From assembly GCF_006345805.1 (NCBI RefSeq), contig NC_043013.1, positions 20,150,001 to 20,214,000 of the forward strand: a stretch of DNA of 64,000 nt, given 5' to 3'. Below the pieces are notes generated by a model. That model was not told the origin of the DNA, searched no databases, and worked only from the letters and a program-made list of their open reading frames with translations. Origin of the DNA: Octopus sinensis. Lineage: Eukaryota. The translations under genes were made by a program, and so were the position numbers. The stretch's first letter is position 1. Each line of letters opens with the position of its first letter. Positions 38,805-51,430 of the stretch are shown one piece after another.

Positions 38805-39984
38805 GACCAAGTCAGTAGTGGGGGTGGGTGCGCTGAAAGTGTAACTGCTAGAATAAGAATAGCCTGGGCAAAGTTTAGGGAGCTCTTACCTCTGCTGGTG
38901 ACTAAAGGCCTCTCGCTCAGAGTAAAAGGCAGACTGTATGATGCATGTGTACGAACAGCTATGCTACATGGCAGTGAAACATGGGCCGTGACTGCTGAGG
39001 ACATGCGTAAGCTCGCGAGGAACGAAGCCAGTATGCTCCGATGGATGTGTAATGTCAGTGTACTTACTCGACAGAGCGTTAGTACCTTGAGAGAAATGTT
39101 GTACCTAAGAAGCATCAGTTGTGGTGTGCAAGAGAGACGATTGCGCTGGTATGGTCATGTGGCGAGAATGGATGAAGATAGGTGTGTGAGAAAGTGCCAA
39201 TCCCTAGCAGTTGAGGAAACCCATGGAAGAGGTAGACCCAGGAAAACCTGGGACGAGGTGGTGAAGCACGACCTTCGGACGTTAGGTCTCACCATGGAAA
39301 TGACTAGAGACCGAGACCTATGGAAGTATGCTGTGCGTGAGAAGACCCGGCAAGACTAGTGAAGCCATAATCAGTGGCCCCTACCTGGGACGTAGTCAGT
39401 CCACCTGTGCATACCTTCCTTCTTGTGACACTTGTGAAGACCTGTTGAGGCAAGTGAGAATCGAATCAAATCAAATCAAATCGAACCAAATCAAAATAGA
39501 TGTACATCAATGGAATTTGTACCCTTGTGGTACCAGTGCCGGTGACACATAAGAAAACCACCCGAACGTGACCGTAGCCAGTACCGCAACGACTGACCTC
39601 CGTGCTGTGGGCACGTAACAAACACCATCCGAGCGTGGCCGTCCGCCAGCCTCGTCTGGCACCTGTGTCGGTGACACATAAGTAAACACCATCCGAGTGT
39701 GGCCGTCAGCCAGCCTCGTCTGGCACCTGTGTCGGTGGCACATAAAAAACACCATCCGAGCGTGGCCGTCTGCCAGCCTCGTCTGGCACCTGTGTCGGTG
39801 GCACATAAAATCACCCACTACACTCTCGGAGTGGTTGGCGTTAGGAAGGGCATCCAGCTGTAGAAACACTGCCAGATCTGACTGGCCTGGTGCAGCCTTC
39901 GGGCTTGCCAGACCCCAGTTGAACCGTCCAACCCATGCTAGCATGGAAAGCGGACGTTAAACGATGATGATGATGATGATGATG

Positions 39985-39986
<2 letters not shown>
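38802..39986 (+). mobile_element. RTE-clade LINE, 5'-truncated: ORF2 C-terminus (38802-39359), long 3' UTR, (GAT)n tail
   Basis: Stop-free ...ARIRIAWAKFRELLPLL...LYDACVRTAMLHGSETW...RRLRWYGHVARM...GRGRPRKTW...DRDLW. The UTR has (TCAAA)n and internal ~55-bp tandem units. Confidence 0.93.
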
Positions 39987-40016
<30 letters not shown>

Positions 40017-40554
40017 ATATATATATATCTATATAAGACAGGCTTCTTTCAGTTTCCATCTACCAAATCCACTTACAAGGTTTTAATTGGCCCAAGGCTA
40101 TAGTAGAAGACACTTGCCCAAGGTGTTACTCAGTAGGACTGAACCCAGAACCATGTGGTTGGGAAGCAAGCTTCTTACCATGCAGCCATACCTGCCCTTA
40201 TATCACAAAAATACAATAGGATTTTTTTAAAACATCTACAACGGTCCAACCAAGTATATTAGGAATCAGAGAGGGTCCATAGGTAAAAAATTGTTTGAGA
40301 ACTGTTACATTCTCCAAGGTATCTTTCAGTGGATGAGTGGTATTTTGAAGGAGATTTACCTGCTATTTCTAGCAGGTCACTAACTGACCACCATCTTCAG
40401 TACCTTCTCCCTACAAAATAACTTAAACAGTTATTGTTTTTATTTTACTTATTTATTTATCTAATGATCTGTTTCAGTTGATAATTTTATTTAATTGATT
40501 TGATAATCCAGTTTCTGTCATTTGAAACCAAATACTATACAATGATTATATATA

Positions 40555-40935
40555 GGCGCAGGAATGGCTGTGTGGTAAGTAGCTTGCTTACCAACCACAT
40601 AGTTCCGGGTTCAGTCCCACTGTGTGGTACCTTGAGCAAGTGTCTTCTATTATAGTCTTGGGCCAACCACAGCCTTGTGAGTGGATTTGGTAGACGGAAA
40701 CTGAAAGAAGCCCATCATATATATATATATATATATGGGGTGGGGGGGTTGTGTGTGTGTGTTTGTGTTTTTGTCTCCTTACCATCACTTGACAACCAAT
40801 CTTAATGTGTTTATGTCCCTTAACCTAGCAGTTCGGCAGAAGAGACTGATAGAATAAGTACTATGCTTACGAAGAATAAGTCCTGGGGTTGATTTGTTCA
40901 ACTAAAGGCGGTGCTCCAGGATGGCCACAGTCAAA
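40555..40935 (+). mobile_element. SINE family A
   Basis: Full head-to-tail match. Confidence 0.85.
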
Positions 40936-41539
40936 TGACTGAAACAAATAAAAGAATATATATATATTTGTTCTTGTGTGTATGTATATATATATACTTA
41001 CTATGATTTATACACAGACTTAATTATAAACCATTCACACACGTATATGCATATATGCATGCACATACATATATATAGAGATTTACGTTACATACTTATG
41101 AATGTGTGCCCTCACACACACACACACACACACACACATACAAATAAGAAAATAAAAAGGAAAAGTTGTTTTTATCCAAACTGATAGATTAAAAAAAAAA
41201 GACAAAACTGAAAACGAAATCTATTTCAAAAAAATAATTCTGCTCATGTAAACAAAGTTGTTGGCCTAGATGTGTGTGTGTGTGGAAGTGGGGAGGAAAT
41301 GTGTATGTAAGTGTGGAAGGGAATGTGTGGGTGTATGATTTTTTGCAGTGTGTGCATATGAGTGTATTGATGTGTGTGTGTGTGTATAAGCTATGTGTGT
41401 GTAGATTGATGTGCTCTGACTGCTAGCGATTATCAGTGTATATAAATTATTATACATATCCTTATATGCATTTCTATTTATACTGTGTGTGTGTGTATAT
41501 ATACATATATATACATACATATATATATATATAAATATG

Positions 41540-41860
41540 TGTGAAGGCACATGGCTCAGTGGTTTGAGCGTCAAGCTTACAATCGTGAGATTGTGAGTTC
41601 GATTCCCGGACTGGGCTCTATGTTGTGTTCTTGAGCAAGACACTTTATTTCACGTTGCTCCAGTCACTCAGCTGTAGAAATGAGTTGCAATGTCATTGGT
41701 GCCAAGCTGTATCAGCCTTTATCTTTTTCCCTTGGATACACATCAGTGGTGTGGAGAAGGGAGGCTGGTATGAATGGGCAACTGCTGGCCTTCCATAAAC
41801 AATCTTGCCCTGATTTGTGCCTCGGAGGGTAACATTCTAGGTGCAATCCCATGGTCATTC
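41540..41860 (+). mobile_element. tRNA-head SINE family D, full length
   Basis: GTGAAGGCACATGGCTCAGTGGTTTGAGCG...GAGTTCGATTCCCGG (A/B boxes); the 3' part recurs at 43595-43800. Confidence 0.85.
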
Positions 41861-42052
41861 ATATATAAATATATAATTGTGCATTTTAAATACCTTGTAA
41901 GGAAAATCTTCAGGGTGTACCAAGGACAATACAAGGATTACACCAGGACAACGTTTGGAATGCTCAGAATATACAGTCATGTTTATTATATGTATATGTA
42001 TATGTGCATGTGTACACACATGCATTAAAATTATTACTTTCATTTTTAATTC

Positions 42053-42088
<36 letters not shown>

Positions 42089-42615
42089 CTTTTCTACTCT
42101 AGGCACAAGGCCTGAAATTTTTGGGGAAGGGGCCAGTCAATTAGATCGACCCCAGTATGCAACTGGTACTTAATTTATCGACCCCGAAAGGATGAAAGGC
42201 AAAGCTGATTTGGCGGAATATAAATTCAGACCATAGTGGTAGATGAAATACTGCTAAGCATTTCACCCACCATGCTAATGATTCTGCCAACTCAATGCCT
42301 TACCGTTATAATTAATAATAATAATAATGATAATAAGAAAGTGACTAGCAAGTTTACACTTTTATAGGTAAAATTTAAGAAAAATTCAATAGGGTATTAA
42401 AATCTTTCTTGCTACAAACAGGGAGGACAAACAAGGACAGACAAATGGATTAAGTCAATTATATCAACCCCAGTGCATAACTGGTACTTATTTAATCGAC
42501 CCCAAAAGGATGAAAGGCAAAGTCAACCTCGGCAGAATTTGAACTCAGAACGTAATGGCAGACGAAATACCATTAAGTATTTCACCCAGCGTGCTAACGA
42601 TTCAGCCAGCTCGTC

Positions 42616-42647
<32 letters not shown>

Positions 42648-42648
<1 letters not shown>

Positions 42649-42800
42649 TGTTGCATTGTTGGGTACAGCTCGCATTCTAAGGAGACCATTGTCTCTTTGA
42701 ATCACAGGAGAAGGCACCACTTGAAACCTTTGGTGATTTGCTGTTGCTTGCTTTCAAGTAAAGAATAACCGATAATTAAGAATTATTCAAGAGGCTTTCA
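42648..42800 (+). mobile_element. 3' tip of an R4/Dong-like non-LTR element
   Basis: ALLGTARILRRPLSL* followed by GGTGATTTGCTGTTGC, a terminus typical of this clade as I recall it. Confidence 0.45.
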
Positions 42801-44280
42801 TAAGAAAAGTAATAATAATCATGAATATTGGGTTATAGTCTATAAGAATAGAGGAACATAATGAATAAAAGAAAGTAAAAGGGAAATAAAATTTATGTTC
42901 ATGGAATAAAATAAGATTGAAGTAAAACAAAATTTATTCTCATATTTGTATATATGTATGCGTATGTGCTTCTGTATATGTTTATATGCATATATATATA
43001 TATATACAAACTCATACACACACACGCGTACCATAAAGGTTCATACATACATCTATATACGCACAAGCACAATAAAAAACAAGCTTAACGGTAACAATAC
43101 AGAAAAAAACAACAATACAGAAAAAAAAACATAAGGAAGTATACAAAGCGTAAAACCACGTTCATATACGGACATGCCCTTATGCACGCATACCCACACA
43201 TGTTTATATACGCATACACACACAGGCATATACAAAAAAAGGATTATACATACACCCCAAATAACCGAAAAAATTGTAAAAATACTAAGTAAAAACATCT
43301 ATGTATATATGTATTCTTATGCCCACACACATCTATATACATACATACCCGCCCACTCATACATATTCACACACGTGTACAAATGAATCTATATACACGT
43401 CTATATAGGCACAAGAAAAAATGCAGGATGGAAGAGTACAGAAAAAATTAATATGTGTAAAAATATAAAAATATATGAAAAAATAAAAGGTATAATGAGA
43501 TAAAAAACTTTTTGGGACATAATATAGAAAGCAAGTTCTATCTGTATTCTTGGGGGGGACCAAAAACGTAACAAAAATTTTGTCACATGTGGGCATGTAG
43601 AAATGAGTTGCGACGTCACAGGTGCCAAGCTGTATTGGCCCTTGCCTTCTCCCTTGGATAACACTGGTGGCGTGGAGAGCGGAGGCCAGTATGCATGGGC
43701 AACTGCTGGTCTTCCATAAACAACCTTGCCCAGACTCGTGCCCAGGAGGGTAACTTTCTAGGTGCAATCCCATGGTCAGTCATGACCGAAGGCTGTCTCA
43801 GATATACCCATGCACAACATATATATGTATATATATATATATAAATGAGGCTGTTTGGTAAGAAGTTTGCTTTCTGACCATATAGTCCCAAGTGCTTTGT
43901 GGTACCTTGGACTGGTGTCTTTTACTATGACCCTGGGCCAACCAAAACTTTTTGTGTGGATTTAATAGAATGAAACTGAAAGAAGCTATTGCGTGTGTGT
44001 GTGTGTGTGTGTGTATGTGTGTGTGTGTCTCCTTGTGTTTTCCCCCTACATTAGCTTTACAACCAGTGCTGGTTTGTTTGCATCCCTGTAACCTAGCAGT
44101 TTGGCACAAGAGATTGATAGAATAAGTGCTAGGTTTTAAAAACTAGTTCTGGGGCCAGTTCACTAAATCAAAACCCTTCAAGGAGGTGCCCCAGCATGAA
44201 AGCAGTCCAGGGACCTTAAACAGTTAAGAGATGAAAGGTACACACACACACACACACACATGCAAATATATATATATATA

Positions 44281-44465
44281 TGTAGGGAGAGTTTACGTAA
44301 AAAACAAAAGACGAAGGCAGGTGGAGTACAAACAAACAGATGTATTAGTATAACGCTCAGGAATAGAAAAAGTATTTTACGTTTCGAGCCTATGCTCTTC
44401 TACAGAAAGGAACACAAAAAAAACAAGGAGAAAAAAATTTGTGTTGTGGCTAACGATCTATCATG
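44281..44465 (-). mobile_element. Short PLE terminal-repeat remnant flanked by (TA)n
   Basis: Non-coding 185-bp insert between TA tracts carrying an HHR-like motif. Confidence 0.55.
44375..44408 (-). ncRNA. Variant minimal hammerhead ribozyme
   Basis: Minus strand TTT-CTGTAGA-A-GAGC ATAG GCTC-GAA-ACGT-A-AAA: stem II 4 bp, palindromic stem III ACGT, GUA triplet, stem I 3 bp, core A6>U. Confidence 0.6.
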
Positions 44466-44497
<32 letters not shown>

Positions 44498-46344
44498 GTA
44501 ACAGTTGTATGTGATAGAGGTTTGGATGGCTAGGTTTGGAGACCAGAGACTGAGATGAGCAGAGGAAGTTGTAGTAGTAGTAGCTGATAGCGGACACAGC
44601 TTGATAATGTTCTTTTGGTTGAAAGGTTTAGTATAATTTATCCTTGTGCTTTCTCAACCTATTCCTCTACATAAAACAATTCCATTGCATAATGTGTGTG
44701 TGTGTGTGTGTGTGTATTTTACTATTGTTTTCAGAAATCACTTCATCGCAACCATTGTACCGCTCTCTTCATTAAACCATTCTATCATTACCATTCTTTT
44801 ATTACCATTTTCTTCATCTGTTTCCAAGACTGAAAGTTATGTCAGATGTTCAATTACAAATGTTCTTGTTCATTTAACCCTCTGTGACCTTCATTAAATA
44901 TATTTTGTCTGTCTGTATGTCTCCTGTATAACTGATAATTAACTGGTCAATCAATGACTAATTATGTCATTATTATCAATATAAATATTTATTATATCAC
45001 ACTCTATAACATACATCATGGTTTATTATAAACCATTTCTTGTTAAAATCATGGTCCCTGATATTTGTTTTGTGATTATATGCTTTTGGATTTGACCACA
45101 GAGGGCAGCACTTGAGACAGATGTCTTCCAACATAACCCCTCCGTTTAACCAGAATGGGGCTGGGTGGATATGTGTTGTTGGGACCATTCCTTTTCTTTG
45201 GCTGTAGACTTAATTCATCACTTGGGTTAAAACCATCACCACCATTACCACCATCGCACCTCTGGGTGCTTTTAGCATTTAGTGGAGTCCACCCTGTTGT
45301 AACCCAGTTTAACTCCTCTACCTGGTCCTACGATACCTTTTGGATGAACTTGTTGCCATCTCATTTAGCACCACTGCCTGGTTGTTAGGTATATTTAGTG
45401 GAGTCCACTCAATTGTCACCCAGGTTCTAGCATGAAAGTGAACCATACTTCAGAGATAGTGTCTTTCAAATTGCTTGAAATTTTTCCTATGTTAAATAGT
45501 TCTTGTACCTAGTCAGTCCTTATAAGTTCAGCTCCTATGTAAGGTTTTCATTTTATGGACATTTGAGGATTTTGCTAGGTGAGAAAGGATTACTTAGAAA
45601 ATATTATTATCATTATTATTATTATTATTATTATTGAAGTGGTGAGCTGGCAGAATTGTTAGCATGCCAGGCAAAATGCTAAGCCACATTTCATTTATCT
45701 TTACATTCTGAGTTCAAATGCTGTTGAGGATGGCTTTCTCCTTCATCCCTTTCGGGGTCAATAAAATAAGTACCAGTTGAGCCCTGAGATTGTTGTAATC
45801 AACTTAGCTCCTTCCCTGAAACTGCTGGCCTTGTGCCAAAATCTGAAACCAATGACTGAAATATCATCATCGACGTCATCATTTAACATCTGTTGTCCAT
45901 GCTAGCATGGATTGGATGGTTTGACCAGGGCTGGTAAGCTGAGAGGCTGCACCAGACTCCAGTTTGATTTGGCATGATTAATATGACTGGATGTCCTTCC
46001 TAATGCCAACCACTCCAAGTGTGTAATGGGTGCTTTTACATGCCACTTGGGTACCAGTTGCACGACACCAATATCTGCTACGACTACAATTTCACTTGGT
46101 TTGATGGGTCTTCTTGTCAAGCACAACATTTCGCCAAAGGCCTAGGTCATGTGTCATTGCCTCCATGAGGCCCAGCGCAAATAAGTAAAAGATAAAAATT
46201 TTATGAATATACAGGATCTTGGCTCCTTGGGCAAGTGTTTTTCTACTATAGCTCCGGGTAAACCAAAGCCTTGTGAGTAATTTTGGTTGTCGGAAACTAA
46301 TAGAATCCCATCCTCTATGTGTGTGTGTGTCTCTTTGTCTTGAC

Positions 46345-46759
46345 GAGCTGGCAGAAATGTTGGCGCGCTGGGTGAAATGCTTAGCGATATTTCATCTGCC
46401 ACTACATTCTGAGTTCAAATTCCACCAAGGTTGACTTTGCCTTTCATCCTTTCGGGGTCGATTAAATAAGTACCAGTTACGCACTGGGGTCAGTATAATG
46501 GAGTTAATCCATTCATCTGTCCTTGTTTGTCCTCTCTGTGTTTAGCCCCTTGTGGGTAGTAAAGAAATAGGTATTTTGTCTGCCGCTATGTTCTGAGTAC
46601 AAATTCCTCCGAGGTCAACTTTGCCTTTCATCCTTTCGGGGTTCATTAAATAAGTACCAGTTATGTACTGGGGTCGATATAATCGACTTAATCCATTTGT
46701 CTGTCCTTGTTTGTCCCCTCTATGTTTAGCCCCTTGTGGGTAGTAAAGAAATAGGTATT
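46345..46759 (+). mobile_element. SINE family B with a head-to-tail tandem 184-bp unit
   Basis: GTAGTAAAGAAATAGGTATT ends at 46575 and again at 46759. Confidence 0.85.
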
Positions 46760-46978
46760 ATGTGTCAGTACCATTGTCATTCATTTCATTCATTCTGCAC
46801 AGACATATCTGGCGATGGAGAAATATCACCCAGCTGGGAAACAGTGGAGGGTTAGTGACAGGAAAGGCATTCAATTGTAGATATTCTGCCTCAGTATACT
46901 CAGCCTGTCCCATTGCAAGCATGGAAAGTGAATATCAGAACAATGTTGATGATGATGATGATGATGATATAAAATGTG

Positions 46979-47009
<31 letters not shown>

Positions 47010-48278
47010 TGTGTGTGCAGGGAATAAAGAGTCAATTAACTGTGATTTTGGCTTATATTGTAAAACAAGCACAAGTGAGCTACAGGATCTCATTGATTGT
47101 ATTAAGGATTATTGGAGATCACTTAATGAATTAATACTTTGATTAGAATTAACATCAAAAACTGTCGGTAAATAATGCCTTGATAAGGTAAGTTAATGGT
47201 CTGTGCGTGTTTGAGGGAGAGAGTGTGTGTGAGAGATAGAAAGTATGCCTGTATAAGGGAGAGAGATAGATAGAGAGAGAGAGAGAGTGTGTGTGTGTGT
47301 GTGTATGAGGGAGAGAGAGAAGGGGTTGTGTGTATGTGTTCGTGGGACAGAGAGAGAGGATGTGTGTGTGTGTGAGAGAGAGAGAGTGTGCTTGTGTGTG
47401 TTAAAGAGAGTAAGAAAGTGGGGCTGAGAGAGAAGTGTGTATGAAAGAGAGAGAGAGAGAGTGTGCGTGTATGTGTAGGAGTGTGTGTGTGTGTTTGAGG
47501 ATATGTATGAGAGAGTATGTGCGTATGTGGGCATGTGTGTGTGTATGTGTGTGTGTGTTAGCAGTGCTATCGAGATATTTCACTTGTAAATAGAAAGAGG
47601 TAGTTTTGTGAATAACCGTAGTGTTCGGTGTGGTGTTGGTAATATAGCAGCTGTGGTGGTAGTCATGGTGTACTAATGACACCGATTACATTTGTAGTGG
47701 TGGTAATAATTCCTGATGATAGCTGTGGTGGTGTTTGTGGTTGAGGTTACAGTTGTGGTGGTGGTTAATAATCGGTAGGAACAGTGATGGGTAGAATTTA
47801 CACCTGTGATGTTGGTGGTGGTAGTAGCATTAGTTGTTAAAGTTATAACGGTGGTGGTGGTGGTTGTGGTGGTGGCTATGGTGGTGATTGTAGTAGTAGT
47901 AAATATGAAGAGGTCATAATTGTGGTGTTCATAGTAGTATTAGTGGTGGAAGTTATTGTTGTGGACGTAGTGGAATTGGTGTTGGCGCTGGTGGTAGACA
48001 TTGTAGTTGTGGTGAACAGGGTGTTGGTGATAGTATAAGTGACAGAAGGATTGGCTGTGCAGGTGGGTGTTATAATGACAGACAATGGTTCTAATGGCAA
48101 CAGTTCTTGTTTAGCTCCAGATCAGCCATGACTGGCCAGACCTATGGTCAAAGACTTTCTAGATGTGGTCATTCCATGTTATTCAGACATTGTATCTTGG
48201 ATTATGTTACCTGAAGTGTGTTTCCATTTTTGAGACAACAGAGTCTAACAAGAAAGAAATTTAGTTGTTATTTACAGC

Positions 48279-48299
<21 letters not shown>

Positions 48300-48309
<10 letters not shown>

Positions 48310-48640
48310 TAAATTAGAGATAAAACCACTATTAGGCAAATCAAACAATGAAAAACATAAGCCAATACATAAAATTAACTAATTTATATTATTTTAAATA
48401 TATATCAAAAGTATTAAAAGTTTAATAAAAGATAATACTTTTGATATATATTTAAAATAATATAAATTAATTAATTTTATGTATTGGCTTATGTTTTTCA
48501 TTGTTTGATTTACCTAATAGTGGTTTTATCTCTAATTTAATATAATATAATATTTTACTATAAAATTGGATTTAATCCTAATTCTGATTTTTCCCTGTAA
48601 GTTTGGATTTATTCCCTAATATTTTATTATAAATATATAT
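48300..48640. repeat. Fold-back element: 117-bp arms, 16-nt loop, ~80-bp conserved tail
   Basis: 48300-48416 is the reverse complement of 48433-48549 with 2 mismatches; tail ...GGATTTAATCCTAATTCTGATTTTTCCCTGTAAGTTTGGATTTATTCCCTAA. Confidence 0.9.
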
Positions 48641-49261
48641 ACTCTTTCATGCGCTTATAAACATATAATCATATATGTATTCACTCATACACACACACAC
48701 ACACACACACACATAGACATATATCTATCATAGATATGATCCACACACATATACACATATGCACGCTTATCTTACTTATTGATCAGTAACTATCTCTTTT
48801 TCCCCGAAGGGCAAAAGGCAAAGCCTTCTAGGTGAGATGTGATGCAATTATCTCAGCTTCAAGAGAAGCTACCATTCCTGACAATGCTGTTTGATATCTC
48901 CAGCTTGTGGGACATACAGTGTGTCCCAGAATTAACTGTATATTTTAGCAAAATCAGACGTATCGTTTTTTTGAAAATCACTTTTGAAAATGGGATCCAA
49001 CGGGAATGAAAATAAAATTATGAAAACTATTATAAAAATTATAAACAAAATCAAAAATTTATACACTTTTAACACATTGAACATCATCATCATCATCATC
49101 ATCATCATCATTTAGCGTCTGTTTTCCATGCTAGCATGGGTTGGACGGTTCAACTGGGGTCTGTGAAGCCAGAAGGCTTCATCAGGCCCAGTCAGATCTG
49201 GCAGTGTTTCTACGACTGGATGCCCTTCCTAACATGATAAACATATATACGCATGTGTGTG

Positions 49262-50694
49262 TACTGCGTGTTCAGGATAAATTTGATAGTAGCAATATCC
49301 CATTCAAAAATAAAGTAATTGAAAAAATTGAAGAAATGTCAAATAGATAACAGTCTACTCAAAGTAACCATTTTCAGCTTCCACTATGGCCTCAAGACAG
49401 CTCTGGAACCTGGAGCATGCATTCTTCACTATGACCCTGGGAAGATCTTTGAATGCTCCTTTGGTCTTGGTCACCAGCTCAGCCTTGGTGATGCAGGCAG
49501 AGTGGTTGGTGTCTTTCTCAACTTTGCTCCACTGATAGTAATTCTATGGGAATATAATCAGGAGAATGAAGAGGAGAGAAATTAGGGCTGGTGAAATCAT
49601 AGAAATTCTCCAATAAATACTTCTGACTCTTTCTGGAGATATGGTAAAGAGCCAAATCCTGCTGTTACACATAAATAGCTTTCCGACAATAACCCTTTCC
49701 AGCCAGAGTTTGACCATAGTCTCCAGCAGCTTCACATAGCCATCTGAATTGAGCTTAAGGTGACATGATATTCGACGATCTTGCATTATCATACCAAGAG
49801 AAAGGTCAATGTTGTCCTTGGTGGTTCCTTGTAACCTTGACACTTGTTTATTCAAAAATCTGTAACAAAAAAAATACTAAATTATCAGAATCATGAAAAT
49901 GAGCAAGAAAACACCTAAAAGACTGTATTTACAAGAAAAAATTGTTTCAGCTACCTAGCAGAAATGTCAAATAGATAACAGTCTACTCAAAGTAACCATT
50001 CTCAGCTTCCACTATGGCCTCAAGACAGCTCTAGAACCTGGAGCATGCATTCTTCACTATGACCCTGTCTGTCCTTGTTTGTCATCTCTGTGTTTAGCCC
50101 CTTGTGAGTAGTAAAGAAATAGGTATTTCGTCTGCCGCTACGTTCTGAGTTCAAATTCCGCTGAGGTCGACTTTGCCTTTCGTCCGTTCAAGGTCGATAA
50201 ATTAAGTACCAGTTATACACTGGGGTTGATATAATGTGGTCTTGGTCTTGAATGCTCTTTTGGTCTATGACCCTGGGAAGATCTTTGAATGCTCCTTTGG
50301 TCTAGGTTAGGCTCAAAACTTTTCATATACCCCTCGCTATGTTCAAAAATGTGGTGTAGCATGATGTCACCATCCCTGAAGACACACCCGAAGACACTCA
50401 CAGTTTGGTTTTCATATTGTTCATGTCACATCTTACCATCTTTAATGTTCACAGACCACTGAACAGCAGTTGAGAAGTCGGCATTTTGATACCCAGCACA
50501 AATCATCATTATACAAGTAACTCTTTCCCAATGTTCAGATGGATTCCAGTTCTCCATACCAGCTAAATTTTTCTCAACTACAAATTAAAAATTTTTATGT
50601 TCTCCAACACCATTGACTATTCACCAACAGATGAAGCTGTTCTCAATAAAAGGAGAAATTAAATAATCATAAAATTTAACCCGAACACTCTGTA
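49262..50694 (-). mobile_element. Tc1/mariner (maT/DD37D-like) transposon, rearranged and dead
   Basis: TA-flanked imperfect ~26-bp TIRs (TACTGCGTGTTCAGGATAAATTTGAT / TACAGAGTGTTCGGGTTAAATTTTAT). Minus-strand VFGCVFRDGDIM, LKLNSDGYVKLLET, QQDLALYHISRKSQ, SPD...DYY, LEAIVEAENGYFE*. Confidence 0.85.
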
Positions 50695-50708
50695 TCTAGG
50701 TGTGTATG

Positions 50709-51016
50709 TCACGTGATCATGTGACCAACCAGGCTATCAGATGTTGTTACACATCGCTGGTCACAATGCGCTTCGCATTGTTTTAGCCTTCAAATGACGC
50801 TACCCTGCTGGCTAAGAGAGCAGGCCAACAGAAGAAAGAGAGAAAGTTATGGTGAAAGAGTACAGCAGGGATCACCACCACCCCCTGCCAGAGCCTCGTG
50901 GAGCTTTTTAGGTGTTTTCGCTCAATAAACACTCATAACGCTCGGTCTGGGAGTCGAAACCGCGATCCTATGACCATGAGTCTGCTGCCCTAACCACTGG
51001 GCCATTGTGCCTCCAC
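50709..51016 (-). mobile_element. SINE family C
   Basis: Matches 15115-15426. Confidence 0.85.
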
Positions 51017-51032
51017 AGGTGTGTATGTGTGG

Positions 51033-51245
51033 TAGCTCTTTTACTCTTTTACTTGTTTCAGTCATTTGACTGCGGCCATGCTGGAGCACCGCCTTTAATC
51101 GAGCAACTAGACCCCGGGACTTAATCTTTGTAAGCCCAATACTTATTCTATCGGTCTCTTTTGCCGAACCGCTAAGTAACGGGACATAAACACACCAGCA
51201 TCGGTTGTCAAGCAATGCTAGGGGGACAAACACAGACACAAACAT

Positions 51246-51315
<70 letters not shown>

Positions 51316-51430
51316 ATAATATATACATATATACGAGGGGCTTCTTTCAGTTTCCGTCTACCAAATCCACTCACAAGGCTTTGGTCGGCCCGGGGCTATA
51401 GTAGAAGACACTTGCCCAAGGTGCCACGCA
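51033..51430 (-). mobile_element. SINE family A
   Basis: Matches 6964-7376 except for the lost head tip. Confidence 0.85.

Noticed and set aside
41540-41620. tRNA-like sequences (also 12020-12096, 61064-61140 and the family A heads)
   Set aside because: A/B boxes run directly into SINE bodies; no complete cloverleaf with an acceptor stem.
45094-45112. CTCF-like motif GACCACAGAGGGCAGCAC
   Set aside because: One base short of the consensus spacing; a single hit in 64 kb is expected by chance.
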